The notes: generated from the letters alone by a model not told the origin. A stretch of 32,000 bases of DNA from Archaeoglobus fulgidus DSM 4304 (GCF_000008665.1 NC_000917.1:2070001-2102000), one strand, 5' to 3'; counted from the stretch's first letter, positions 19,442-30,345 are shown. Made by a program: numbers and translations.

Positions 19442-19514
19442 TAGCAATTTTACAAACACGATAAACCTCATACTAAATGGAAAAACTTAATTCTGAATAG
19501 TTTTATTATAGCTC

Positions 19515-22500
19515 ATGGTTACAGGTGAAGTTCCATCACTCAAAAAAGCAATTCTTGAAAGCAAGATTGTATTCGATGATGAACTTGTGAGGATTGCATC
19601 AGATCCTAACGCAAATGTGAATGATGCGATTTTTGAGGTAGAGTTCTCAAATTTCCTGAGTGGAAATGCCCATCCTGACTATCTCGATCCTGCGAGGTTT
19701 TACAAGAAAACGCATTTCACAGAGGATGCGAAAAACATTTTGAAGAGAGTTTTATCGAGGGTTACATACGATTCTGATGAATCCTATGCAATTATCCTCG
19801 ATACAACCTTTGGTGGAGGTAAAACACATACACTCATTGGAATCTACCATCTTTTCAAAAACAGGGATGTGGCAATAAACTTCCACGAGATAAAGCAGAT
19901 TCTCAAGGATCTCGGAATTCCAGCAATTCCAGATGTTGAAATTGTTGCAATTGACGGCCACAATATCGATCCAGATGAGAATCTCTGGAATGTGATTGGC
20001 AGACAGCTTGGTGACGAAACACTTGCCTCCAGAAAATCCCCTCCAACCGCTCAGGAGATAGAAAATGCAATAAGAAAGGTTGGAAAACCTGTAGTATTCC
20101 TGATTGATGAGCTTGTGATTTACATTTCAAAAATACTTGATAGCGAAGCAAGAATTGCCCAGAATAAGGGTTTCATTCACTCACTTTTTGTTGCAACTGA
20201 GGCAACCAAAACATCCATTGTAATTCTTACAATTCCAGAAAGCGAAGCTTACAAGAAGGAATCCGAAATTCTAAGAGATATAACGGCCATTGCTGAAAGA
20301 GGAGCAACCAAAATCGCACCTGTTGCAAAAGAGGATATAATCCGAATACTGAAAAAGAGATTTGTAAAGGAAGTGGATGAAAAATACGCAAGGGCTGCAG
20401 CAAAAGCTTTAACGACCTTTACGCAACAAAACTCGGTATTGGCGAGGCTGTTAGTGAGGAAAGGCTGTTTGAGTGCTACCCATTTAACCCAGAACTTGTG
20501 GAGGAGATATTTTTTGGCAGAATAGGCATGTACGAGGATTTCCAGAGAACGAGAGGTATACTCCAGATAATGGCGAGAGTTATTGTAAATCTGCTAAGAC
20601 ATGCAGAGGAGATTCCTGAAACCACGATGTTCATTTCTGCTGGAGAGATTGATCTCTCATATCCTGAGCTAATGAGAAAGCTTACAGATCGCATATTCGG
20701 GGCGAACTTGATCAGGTTGTTCAAATAGATATAGCAACTGCTGAGGGAACTGCCCATGCTCAGAAAGCGGATGGAAAAATAAGATTTGGAAACTTTGTGA
20801 GAATCGCAACTGCTGTTTATCTTTACTCCCTTTATCCAGACGAATCCAAGAAGGGTGCCAACAGCAGGCAGATATTCAGGGCTTTGGGCGATGAAAGTCT
20901 TGATCCTTCAACAATAGATGCATATCTTGAGAGACTCTACGATGAGATTGCAACCCACATTTTCAGAGCTGAGGGGACAGACAGGTATTACTTCAAAACT
21001 GAGGAAAATCCGAGAGCCCTCGTTAGGTATGCGGCAAAGGATGTTAAGGATGAGGAGGTCAAGCTACATCTGCAAAAACAGCTGGTTGGGAAAATAATAC
21101 CCTCAACGGATGTTGTTGCCGTAAATATCTTCGAGAAAGAGATTAAGAGAGATAATACGGATCCAGGAAAGCTCAACCTCTTTGTGATTGATTACGAGGA
21201 AGTGTTCAGAATTTATGCTCACCTTAAAAGATCGAAGGAGTATGAGAGTGAGGCTGAAGATGTAGTTGCCAGGGAAGCCTTCAGCAGAATTTTCTCCCAA
21301 ATGCTATCAATTACTGCTCCAAACAGAAATTCGGTTGTACTTCTCTTCCCAGTTGCAGGGGGAATTCCCTCATTCATGAGTGATGTGAAGGAGCTGATTG
21401 CTTGCGAGAAACTCAAGAAGGAGAGATCGAAAGATAAGGAGTTCCTCAAGGAGCTAAAAGCAATTCAGGAAAGAATCTATGCCAAGACCGCTCAGAAATT
21501 GATAAACCTCTACTCCTATGCAGGATTTTTCCGAAAGAACGATCAGGTGATAGGGCAACTCTCGCCGCTAACCTACGATGAGAAGGCGAAATACACTGAA
21601 AGGATTTTCGAGGAGCTTGAAAGGAAATGGGGGAAGGTTCTGAGTTCTGCAAGTGAGGATTACATTTACGGAGTTATGGGCAAGGAAAAAGACTACATAA
21701 AACTCTCAGAGCTTATAAACACGATAGCAAACTCAACAGGTTATCCGTTTGTTCCTGCAAAATATCTGAAGGGGAGCATTAAGGAACTGGTAAAGGCTGG
21801 AGAAATTGCAGTATACAGGGGGGAGATATGCGATCCTGAAGAGGTTGACCTCAGGAAAAGTGAAGAAATCGTCAAGAGTCTGAAACTTGGTATTGAGCTT
21901 GGCGAGATAAGGGATTCAGACTATGTTGTTAAGAAGGAGTTTGCTGAAGAGCTTTTAGGGGCTGCAAAGAGGAAGAGAGCAGATGAAGCTGCTAACAGAA
22001 TTCTTGAGGTTCTTGGAGATAGAAATTACGCTGAAATCTCCTCCATCGAGTCTGAACTCCCAGATCTGAGCAGAAAAGATATTGTGGATGCTGTTAAGAG
22101 ATCCCAGAGGCTTGAACTTTATGGCGGGGATATTTCACTGATCAGGAAAGTTGAGGAGGGGGCTGAGCTAAGCGAAAGCGAGAAGGAAGAAATTCTATCT
22201 GGATTTAATGCTGAACATGGTGAATTCATTTTCAAAAAGGAGTATGCTGAGGGGATCAAAAATAAGATCAGAACTGTTGAGTGGGAACCTCCTGAAATTT
22301 CAGAGGATGAAGAGAGGAAAGGTGAAGAGATTAAGGTAAGCGACCTCATAGAAAGATTTGAGGATTTTGAAGGCAGGAGGGTGAAGAGAATCAAGGTAAA
22401 AGGAAGCGGATCGAATAGCCTTAAAGAGGATGCTCTTAATTTGGGAGGAGCAGTACCGTTCCTCAACTTAAAAGGTAAAATTGCAGTTGATTTGAAAGGC

Positions 22501-22698
22501 AGGGTATTTTTCAAATGCTCATCAGAGCTTGAAAAGGCAGGCATAATTGAAGAAATACTGAGGAAAATAGCAGAGCTTGACAGCAATCCAGAATATTCTG
22601 TTGAGCTTGAAATTGATGCAGAGGTTAATGATGATTTCAGAATATTTGCAGAGCAACTTACTTCAACAAAATCTGAGAAAACACTCGTGGTGGAATAA
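19515..22698 (+). pseudogene. DUF499-type P-loop ATPase gene, interrupted by two frame changes
   Basis: Walker A TTFGGGKTHT and VVFLIDELVIY in 19515..20525. Continuation is YATKLGIGEAVSEERLFECYPFNPELVEEIFFGRIGMYEDFQRTRGILQIMARV in the 20498 frame, then RGELDQVVQIDIATAEGTAHAQKADGKIRFGNFVRIATAVYLYSLYPDE in the 20797 frame. Confidence 0.85.
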
Positions 22699-23009
22699 TG
22701 CTCGCCATAAAAAATACCGTTTACGAGGTTGTTGAAACTCCAAAGTACATTACGATGTACGAGAGCTACCAGAACAGGGAGAAAAGCTACAGGATGAAAA
22801 TAGCCTCCGCTACTGGATGGAGAAAAGATGCGATAAAGAATTTGATGAAGAAGCTCAAAATTCAGGAGAAAACAGATGATGTTGAGAAGGCAATGAGAAT
22901 TTACGTGGCAATCAAGGTTCTGAATTCGATGAAGAGGGCTGAGCAGAGATACAAGCTGGTGGATACCGTTCTCAATCTCCCACCTGAAGAAGTGTTTTTC
23001 TGGGCGTAG
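22698..23009 (+). CDS. hypothetical 103-aa protein translationally coupled to the DUF499 gene
   Basis: ATG overlaps the DUF499 stop (TAATG); coherent [40 protein letters not shown].... Confidence 0.7.
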
Positions 23010-23065
23010 AAGCTCTCATCCACGAAGAATGGAGCTTATGCGTTCAGGGTTCTTTACGGGCTGAT

Positions 23066-23332
23066 TTAATCGTAAACCTTTCCTCTTCTTTCAACTTTTA
23101 AGATGTGAACCGTTTTGGTTGGCTTATCGAGAAAGTAAATCACTCTGAAATCTCCAATTCTGATACGGTAAGTGTTCTCCTCGCCTTCAATCTTTTTAAC
23201 ATCGAATCTTTTCCAAGGAATTGGATCTGTTTTGAGCGTTTCCAGAAGTACACCAAATTTCTTTAAATGAGCTTTTTTAAGACGTTTCAGCTCTTGAGTT
23301 GCTTTCCTGTGAACTACAACCCTAAACACCAA
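23066..23332 (-). CDS. RelE/ParE-family toxin
   Basis: 88 aa: VHRKATQELKRLKKAHLKKF...KKIEGEENTYRIRIGDFRVIYFLDKPTKTVHILKVERRGKVYD. Confidence 0.9.
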   Translation of the reverse strand: MVFRVVVHRKATQELKRLKKAHLKKFGVLLETLKTDPIPWKRFDVKKIEGEENTYRIRIGDFRVIYFLDKPTKTVHILKVERRGKVYD

Positions 23333-23519
23333 GCTCCCTCTTCAGCTCATCCCAGTCAACGTGTTCTCCTTTTAACGACTCTTCTTTCAGCTTTCTGATT
23401 TCCAGAAGCTCCTCCTCAGAAACTTTTTCTGCCGGTATTATAAGTTCCTCAAGCTGCTCAATTTTTTCCCTTATCTTCTTAACCTCGCTGTAAATCTCCC
23501 GCAGGAGTGCTTCGTTCAT
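23322..23519 (-). CDS. cognate antitoxin (RelB-like)
   Basis: 65 aa, charged helical, directly upstream and overlapping the RelE-like toxin; ends EDWDELKRELGV-like HVDWDELKRELGV. Confidence 0.8.
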   Translation of the reverse strand: MNEALLREIYSEVKKIREKIEQLEELIIPAEKVSEEELLEIRKLKEESLKGEHVDWDELKRELGV

Positions 23520-23629
23520 GGTTTCACCAGTCTTTATTTGGCTTTGAGAAGATAAATAATTTGCTTCGATTCAGATTTAAAGCCAAATAATTTTTTAAGT
23601 TAAAAGCCCATATTAAACAGGTGCTGGAT

Positions 23630-23770
23630 ATGGGTGAGATAACGATAAGAGCGAGAATTCCCAAGGAGCTTGAAGGCTCTGAAGGTGTGCTCAAAACAGA
23701 GAACTCATGGGAGGAGCTTGAGGCTGAAATGCATGAAGATGTTTTTGGACATCTTTATCGAGCATTTTAA
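23630..23770 (+). other. possible small ORF or antitoxin-like fragment (46 aa)
   Basis: [46 protein letters not shown]; not in the supplied track because of its size. Confidence 0.3.
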
Positions 23771-23817
23771 AGGATTGCACTCATTTCAGATGTTGAAAAC
23801 CTGAGATAGGTGGTGCA

Positions 23818-26422
23818 ATGAAGTTGCTGATTGAAGAGTTCATTCCCGTTGAAGAAATAAGTGAGGAAGCGAAGAAAGAAAAGCTCGGAAATGCCAAACC
23901 CCCTATCTTCTCCCTCCACTACTGGTGGGCGAGAAAGCCGTTGATTACTGCAAGGGCTGCGGTTCTTGGAGCTTTAATCTCAAAGGAGAATTTACCGATG
24001 ATAGTTGGTAATGGGGATTTAAAAACCAATTTACTGCGCATTCTGAGAATACCCAAAGATATCAACGAAGGGCCAAGGGCCCACACACAGGATCCTCCAG
24101 CCGAATACTTGAAGGAGGCAATAATCAAAACGTGGGGTGAAATTCCCACAGTTCTCGATCCTTTCGCAGGTGGAGGTTCGATTCCCTTCGAGGCTTTGAG
24201 GTTAGGCTGTAACGCTGTTGCTGTGGATTACAATCCCGTCGCATATTTAATTTTAAAAGAAACCCTTGAATATCCGAAAAAGTATGGAATGAAGCTAATA
24301 CTATGATGTTAAGAAGTATGCTGAGCAGATATTCAGAGAGCTGAAAGAAGAGCTCGGCAGATTTTATCCAAAACATGATGAAAAGGATGTCGCTGCATAC
24401 ATTTTTTCATGGGTGGTTAAATGCCCCCAGTGCGGATTTGAAACGCCTTTAGTTGGTTCATGGCAGCTTGCCAAAACGAAGAGAGGTAAAGAGGTTTATC
24501 TTGCCTATGAGGTTGAAGGAGACGAGCTGAAGCTTGAGATAAAGGAAGGTATGGCTCCAGAAGGAAATGTATCGAGAGGGGATGGAGTTTGTTTGAAATG
24601 TGGAGCTCACATTCCCAATGATGAGGTTGTGAAGCAGATAAGGGAGAATGAGAAAGAGAGGATGCTTGCAGTTGCTCTGCTAAACTCAGGAAGGGGGGGG
24701 GAAGGAATACGATGTGCCTTCTGATGAGGATTTGAAAGCATTTGAGGAGGCTGAAAAGGAGCTTAAAAAGAGCTGGTTCAGGTTTTATCGTGAGGGGTTG
24801 ATTCCTGATGGAGAGATGCCGAGAGACTACAGGTTTACGCTTTATTTGCCAAAGCATTATCAGCTTTTCAACCCAAGGCAGTTGCTTTTGATGGTAAAAT
24901 TTGCTGAAAAGGCAAAAAGAATTGTTAATGAAATTGCTGAGAGAGATGAGGAGTATGCAAAGGCGATGGGTGTTTATCTCTCGGCAATTATTGCAAAGCA
25001 TGTTGACAGAAACTGTAGAGGTACTACATGGGATTCTGGTTATGAAGTAATCTCCTCAATGTTTGGAAAAAGGAGACCTTCGATGATGTGGGATCATACT
25101 GAAGTTAATCCGTTCGTAAAATCCTCTGGCACCCTCATAAACAACATAAACGACGTTCTCAACGCCCTTAAATACTCCATCGAAAAACTCTCCTCCACAC
25201 AAGCCACAATCGAAATCATAAACGAATCCACAGCCTCATGGAAACCTCAAAGAAAGTTCAAAATCATAGTCACCGATCCCCCCTACTACGATGATACCCC
25301 CTATGGCGAGGTTAGCGAGGTTTTCTACATCTGGCATAAACGAATTGTGGGGCATCTTTTCGAGAAGGAATCCAAATACTTCAGAAACGATAGGGTTGAA
25401 ACATCCGAGGAACTCGATGTTGGGGGAAATAGAGATAAGGAGTTCTTCAACAACCTTTTCATAAAAACGATGCAGAACGTTCACGATTTACTTGATGATG
25501 ATGGTATCCTTGTTCTCTTCTTTGCCCACAAAAGCCCTGAAGCGTGGTATTTCGTTCTCGAAGCTTTAAGACAGGCAGGCTTCAACATCACAGCAACGTT
25601 TCCCATCCACACAGAAAGCACGGAAAGCGTTGTTGCAAGGGGCAAGAAATCAATCTACCATAGCCTGATCATAACCGCAAGAAAGAGAAAGGAAGAAAAA
25701 ACGGGGATCATAGAAGAAATACTCCCAGAAATCGAAGAAAAAATTTACCAGAGAGCTGATGAGCTGGAAAAATACGGTTTGAAAGGCTCTGATCTCCTTG
25801 TCGCTGCGATGGGAGTGGCTTTAGAAGTTCTCACATCCTACTCTGAAATAAAGAGCTATTCTGGGAAGATAACAGCGAAGAGTGCTATCGAAATAGCTCA
25901 AACAGTTATGGCCAGATACATAACAAGAAAAATGATTGGGGAGGAGGCGGATCCTGTAACCACCTTCTACATTTACTCCCGCCTGAACGGCATGGATACG
26001 ATGGATTACGATACTGCCAATAGTTCATCAAAAGCTTGGGGCTTAAGGAAGAAGATCTCGAAAAGAGCGGTTTGATAAAGATCGTGAAAAGCAGGAGTAG
26101 GAAAAGTGTTATCCTGCAGGATTATTATAGAGGTGATTCCAACATCGAGGTTGCGGGTTACGATACTATCAGGGGCAATAGCCTGATTGATTACATCCAC
26201 AAAGCCCTGAGAGCTTACGATATTGAGGGAATGAAGGGGTTTGATAGAGTTAGGAGCGAGATTCCCTACTCAATGAAAGCTGTAATTGGAGTTCTGCAGG
26301 CTCTCGCAAGGATAAGGCTCGATCCCTCAAGGAAGAATGATAGGGAGGCTAATAGAGCGGCAGAGATACTTGAACACCTCAGAATGCTGGATGAGAAGCT
26401 CGAAAGGTGGGGAGTAAAATGA
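23818..26422 (+). pseudogene. DUF1156-type DNA methyltransferase gene, interrupted by three frame changes
   Basis: N-terminus LIEEFIPVEEISEEAKKEKLGNAKPPIFSLHYWWARKPLITARAAVL, VLDPFAGGGSIPFEALRLGCNAVAVDYNPVAY, zinc-like CPQCG...CLKCG, catalytic ITDPPYYDDTPYGEVSEVFYIW-like VTDPPYYDD. Segments continue colinearly across frames. Confidence 0.88.
24693..24701 (+). repeat. poly-G tract (G9) in the methylase coding sequence
   Basis: ctcaggaaGGGGGGGGGaaggaatac. With eight G the reading frame joins NSGRGGKEYDVPSDEDLKAFEEAEKEL; with nine it shifts. Confidence 0.95.
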
Positions 26423-26870
26423 CATACTGGGTTTTCAGCTCTAACTCTCTGGAGAACATTGAGATCGGATACAGAAACATGATTTGGGGATTCTGGGATA
26501 GGGATGCAGGGGAAAAGCAGAAAAAGAACTGGAGAAGCTTTATCAGAAAATACAACCAGATAAAGCCCTTCGATGTTGCAGTATTTCAAATTGCAAAACT
26601 GGAGAGATAAACGCCATCGGAGTTATTAAAGAAACGTATTACGACGACCAAACTCCTGTTTGGGAGAATGAATTCAGTCATAGCAGAGTTACTTATCCAT
26701 GGAGAGTGCATTTTTCAGCCATGATCTTCTCCAGAGAACCAGTAGTTAAGAAGTATATCAGGATACAGGATTATCTGGACGGTTACGGTATTGGTGAACT
26801 CGAACCTCACGATTTCAACGTCATCATAGATGCATTTCGCCAGAAATTTGGTGAGATTTCGGTGAGGTGA
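26419..26870 (+). pseudogene. EVE/PUA-like domain protein with one frame change
   Basis: MTYWVFSSNSLENIEIGYRNMIWGFWD...KKNWRSFIRKYNQIKPFDVAVFQIAKL, then in another frame INAIGVIKETYYDDQTPVWENEFSHSRVTYPWRVHFSAMIF. Confidence 0.6.
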
Positions 26871-26874
26871 TAAC

Positions 26875-29800
26875 ATGCTTTACCCGCTTTTCAGAGTGGC
26901 AGTAGATTCATACCATCTCTTCACAAAATACCAGTATGATCCTGTAAGCGTTCTTGCAGCCTCCAAAATTAATCTTCTCCCATACCAGCTTGAGGATTTT
27001 CTCAATCTGCTGGATATAGCCGATAGCGGAAGGCCTGTCAGGGTGCTTATAGCCTACGAAACTGGATTGGGTAAAACGATTCTCGCAGGGCTTTTCATAA
27101 AGGAAATGGTAATCAGAAATCCAAATACAAGAATACTGATCGTAACCCCTCCAAATGTTCAGTATCAGTGGCAGGATGAGCTGAAAAATAAATTTGGCAT
27201 GCATGTTCCCCTGCTTACGGAAGCTGATAAACAGGGCAAGGATCCTCTAAAACAGAAGTGGCTCATAGCCTCAATGGATACGCTGAAGGGGGAGAACTGG
27301 CTCAGGAGAGTTGAAGATCACAGATGGGACATCGTTGTTGTTGATGAACTCCATAGAGCCACCATTAAAAACAGAAGAGCCCAGCTGATTCAGGTTCTGA
27401 GGGATAGAACCAAACACATGCTGGCTTTAACCGCAACTCCCCACGACGGGAAGGAGGATCAGTTCGTTTTTCGCCTCAGCCTGATTAACAGGAACGTTGA
27501 TGAGCAAAACTGGAAGGAGTTCGTAAAGAAATACACCTTCAGGAGGAGAAAAAGGGACGTTCTCGATCTCGAAGGAAGGAAAATATTCCCGCAGAAAGTG
27601 TATCCTCTAACAATAGAGATAGAGCCAGATGAGGAGGAGAAGGAATTCTACTGGGAGGTTGAGAAATACGTAAGGAGCTACTACAAGCTGGCTGAGGAGG
27701 AGAATAAAAGATCAATAGGGCTTGTTGCGACCATTGTTGGCAGGGCTGTTTCTTCAAGCATAAACGCTGGAGTTCAGGTTCTCAAAAACAGGTACAGAAG
27801 GTTATTTGAGGGGTTTGCGGAGGAGCTCGAAGATGCTGAAGACATTCTCGACGAATTAAAGCAGGCTGAGGAAGAGGGCGATGATGAGAAACTTGAAAAG
27901 CTAAGAATGAAAATCATAGAATCCGTTCCTGTCAGGAAGGATCTCGTTGAAAAGGAGAAGGAAGTTCTTGAAAGGTTGATAACCCTCGGAGAGAAATTGC
28001 TTGAGAGAGGGAGGGATAAAAAAACCGAGAGGCTTGTTCAGGTTGTAAATGAGCATATGGAGAAGGGTAACAAAGTTATAATTTTTACACAGTTTCTGGC
28101 AACGCTCGATCACCTTGAGAGAACCTTCAAAGAGATTTATGGCGAGAATAGTGTTGTTACTGTACATGGCGGGCTAACGCATGAAGAGAAGAAAAACAGA
28201 ATTGCCAAATTGTGGGATAGCGCAAAAATCCTGATTGCAACAGATGCTGCTGGAGAGAGCCTCAACCTGCAGGCTGCAAACGTAGTAATTCATTACGAAA
28301 TCCCCTGGAATCCCGTTGTTTACATCCAGAGAGTGGGGAGGGTTTACAGATACGGGCAGGAAAAGGACATCTACATTCAGAGTATGCTTCCAGTTTTCAA
28401 GATTGAAAGGAGGGTTCTCGAAGTTATTCTCCAGAAGGTTGAAACCATTGAGAAGGATTTCGATATTGGCAGTGTTGAGATCATTGGCACGATAATATCC
28501 GAAAGGGACATTGAGAACGAAATCTGGAGGGCTTACGTTGAGGATAGAATTGAAGATGCTGGAGAAGAGGTTTCCAAGAAATTCGATAAGGGCAAATCGG
28601 TTCTCCAGAAAATAAGGCTGGTTCTTGAGAAGGCTGAGGCTGCGAAGAAACACGTTAGGGCTGAAAAGCTGCTTGAGGATAGGGGGATTGTTGAAATCAT
28701 CACCGAAGAGGATCTCAGGAAGTATCTGTTCTACTTTGGTGAGGCAAAGTTGGGTGAGGGAAAGTTCTACGATGAGTTTACATTCTTTGAAATAAAGGAT
28801 GTCAGAATCCATCCCGAAAAGATTCTTACCGAGATTAAACCGTCAAAGGCCGAAATTCTCGATCTAAAAGATGTAACCACCCTTAGCGAAAAGGAGCTGA
28901 AGCTTGACAACCCAGCGATAAGAAAGGCCCTTTATATAGGAATGTGCCAGAGGGGAGAGGCGATTTTTAGTGGTAATGAGGAGGGATATGGAGAGATCAG
29001 GCTGCTGAAACTCTTTGATTTCTACGGTGAGCCAATATACGAGATTCCAGTGGTGGTTTTCAACGGATCTATTAAGCCTTTCAGATTTCTGCAAACCCTT
29101 GAACCCGTTATACTCTCGGACGAGATTGAAAAGGAACTTACAGCTGATCTGGAGAGCAAAGAAATAGAAATTCGTGATTCATCTTATATTAGCGAAGTAA
29201 AGGAAGAACAGAGGCTGTATCTCAAGGAAAGAGTAAACAAAGTTCTCGATGCGCTTTCAATTGAGGAAGAGTACTACAAGAGGTTTCTATCAGACGAGCA
29301 GGCAAAGAAGAAGCTTCAGGAAATTCAGGAAATGAAGAAAAAAGAGTACAGGCGATCGTTGAGAATCCATGATAGGCTTTCTGAGCCCATTGCAAAATTC
29401 TGGGTGCTGAAACCAGAGAAACTAACTGAAATGCTCCACAAAATTGCAGAAAAAACTGATGATGGCCAACTGCTGAAGGAAATAGAGAGCTCAATCGAGG
29501 ATTTTGATCCCGAATTATGGAAAAGGAAGCGAGAGGTTGAGCTTGCTGGCATGAAACTCGTGATGAGCTGTGAGGAGAAGTGGGGCAGATTTCCCAAGGA
29601 TGTATCTGCAGACGGAAGAGGATACGATATTGAGAGTTTTGATCCAAATTCGGGAGAGAAGAGGAGAATAGAGGTGAAATCCTTCAAAACGAGCCAATTG
29701 AAGTAACTTTAACAGAGAACGAGTACAAAGCTGCTAAATTCTACGGGGAAAAATACTACCTCTACATCGTAAAGAGGGTTTTTGAGGCTGGTTGCTCGGA

Positions 29801-29891
29801 AATAGAGATAATTCAAGATCCAGCAAACAAACTCCCCTTTGAAATCGAGTGGAGGCCTTACTACGTATGGCGTTACGGAAACTATATTTAA
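26875..29891 (+). pseudogene. SNF2-family helicase with C-terminal DUF3883-like domain, frame change near the 3' end
   Basis: AYETGLGKTILAGLF, VVDELHR, LALTATPHDGKEDQF, IATDAAGESLNLQAANVVIHYEIPWNPVVYIQRVGRVYRYGQ, GYDIESFDPNSGEKRRIEVKSF; after a shift near 29686-29691 the frame continues EPIEVTLTENEYKAAKFYGEKYYLYIVKRVFEAG... to a stop at 29889-29891. Confidence 0.88.
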
Positions 29892-29925
29892 AATATGAAG
29901 ATTTAATTTTGCTGGAGGTGTTGAG

Positions 29926-30345
29926 ATGTCCAAAATTGTGGGTGTAACCTATCCTATCCCCAAGCGATTCATGGACCGCTTTTTCAAGAAAGGAAAGGAT
30001 GTTTTCGTAAAGCCAGCAACCGTCTGGAAGGAGCTAAAACCGGGAATGAAGTTCGTTTTCTATCAGTCACACGAAGATACTGGTTTTGTTGGTGAGGCAA
30101 GGATAAAGAGAGTTGTGCTGTCAGAAAACCCAATGCAGTTCTTTGAAACGTTTGGAGATCGAGTTTTTCTCACAAAGGATGAGCTTAAAGAGTACATGAA
30201 GTCGCAGGAAAGGTGGGGAAGAAGAAGAGAAAGCAAAAAGAAAAAGCTCTGGATGGCCATAGAGCTTGAAGACGTCAAGAAATACGATAAACCAATCAAG
30301 CCAAAGAGGCTCGTGCCAGTTGGAGGGCAGTATCTCAGAGAATGA
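29926..30345 (+). CDS. DUF365-like PUA-superfamily protein
   Basis: MSKIVGVTYPIPKRFMDRFFKKGKDVFVKPATVWKELKPGMKFVFYQSHEDTGFVGEARIKRVVL. Confidence 0.65.
   Translation: MSKIVGVTYPIPKRFMDRFFKKGKDVFVKPATVWKELKPGMKFVFYQSHEDTGFVGEARIKRVVLSENPMQFFETFGDRVFLTKDELKEYMKSQERWGRRRESKKKKLWMAIELEDVKKYDKPIKPKRLVPVGGQYLRE

Noticed and set aside
22119-22586. 155-aa Ser/Leu-rich minus-strand ORF
   Set aside because: Antisense to the charged, helical DUF499 C-terminal region; Ser/Leu-rich antisense of Glu/Lys-rich coding is a typical artefact.
24693-24701. Programmed ribosomal frameshifting at the G9 tract
   Set aside because: Not favoured, because eight other breaks in the island lack a shared slippery motif; it remains possible only for this site.
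28174-28812. 212-aa minus-strand ORF
   Set aside because: Antisense to the strongly recognised helicase coding sequence; composition artefact.
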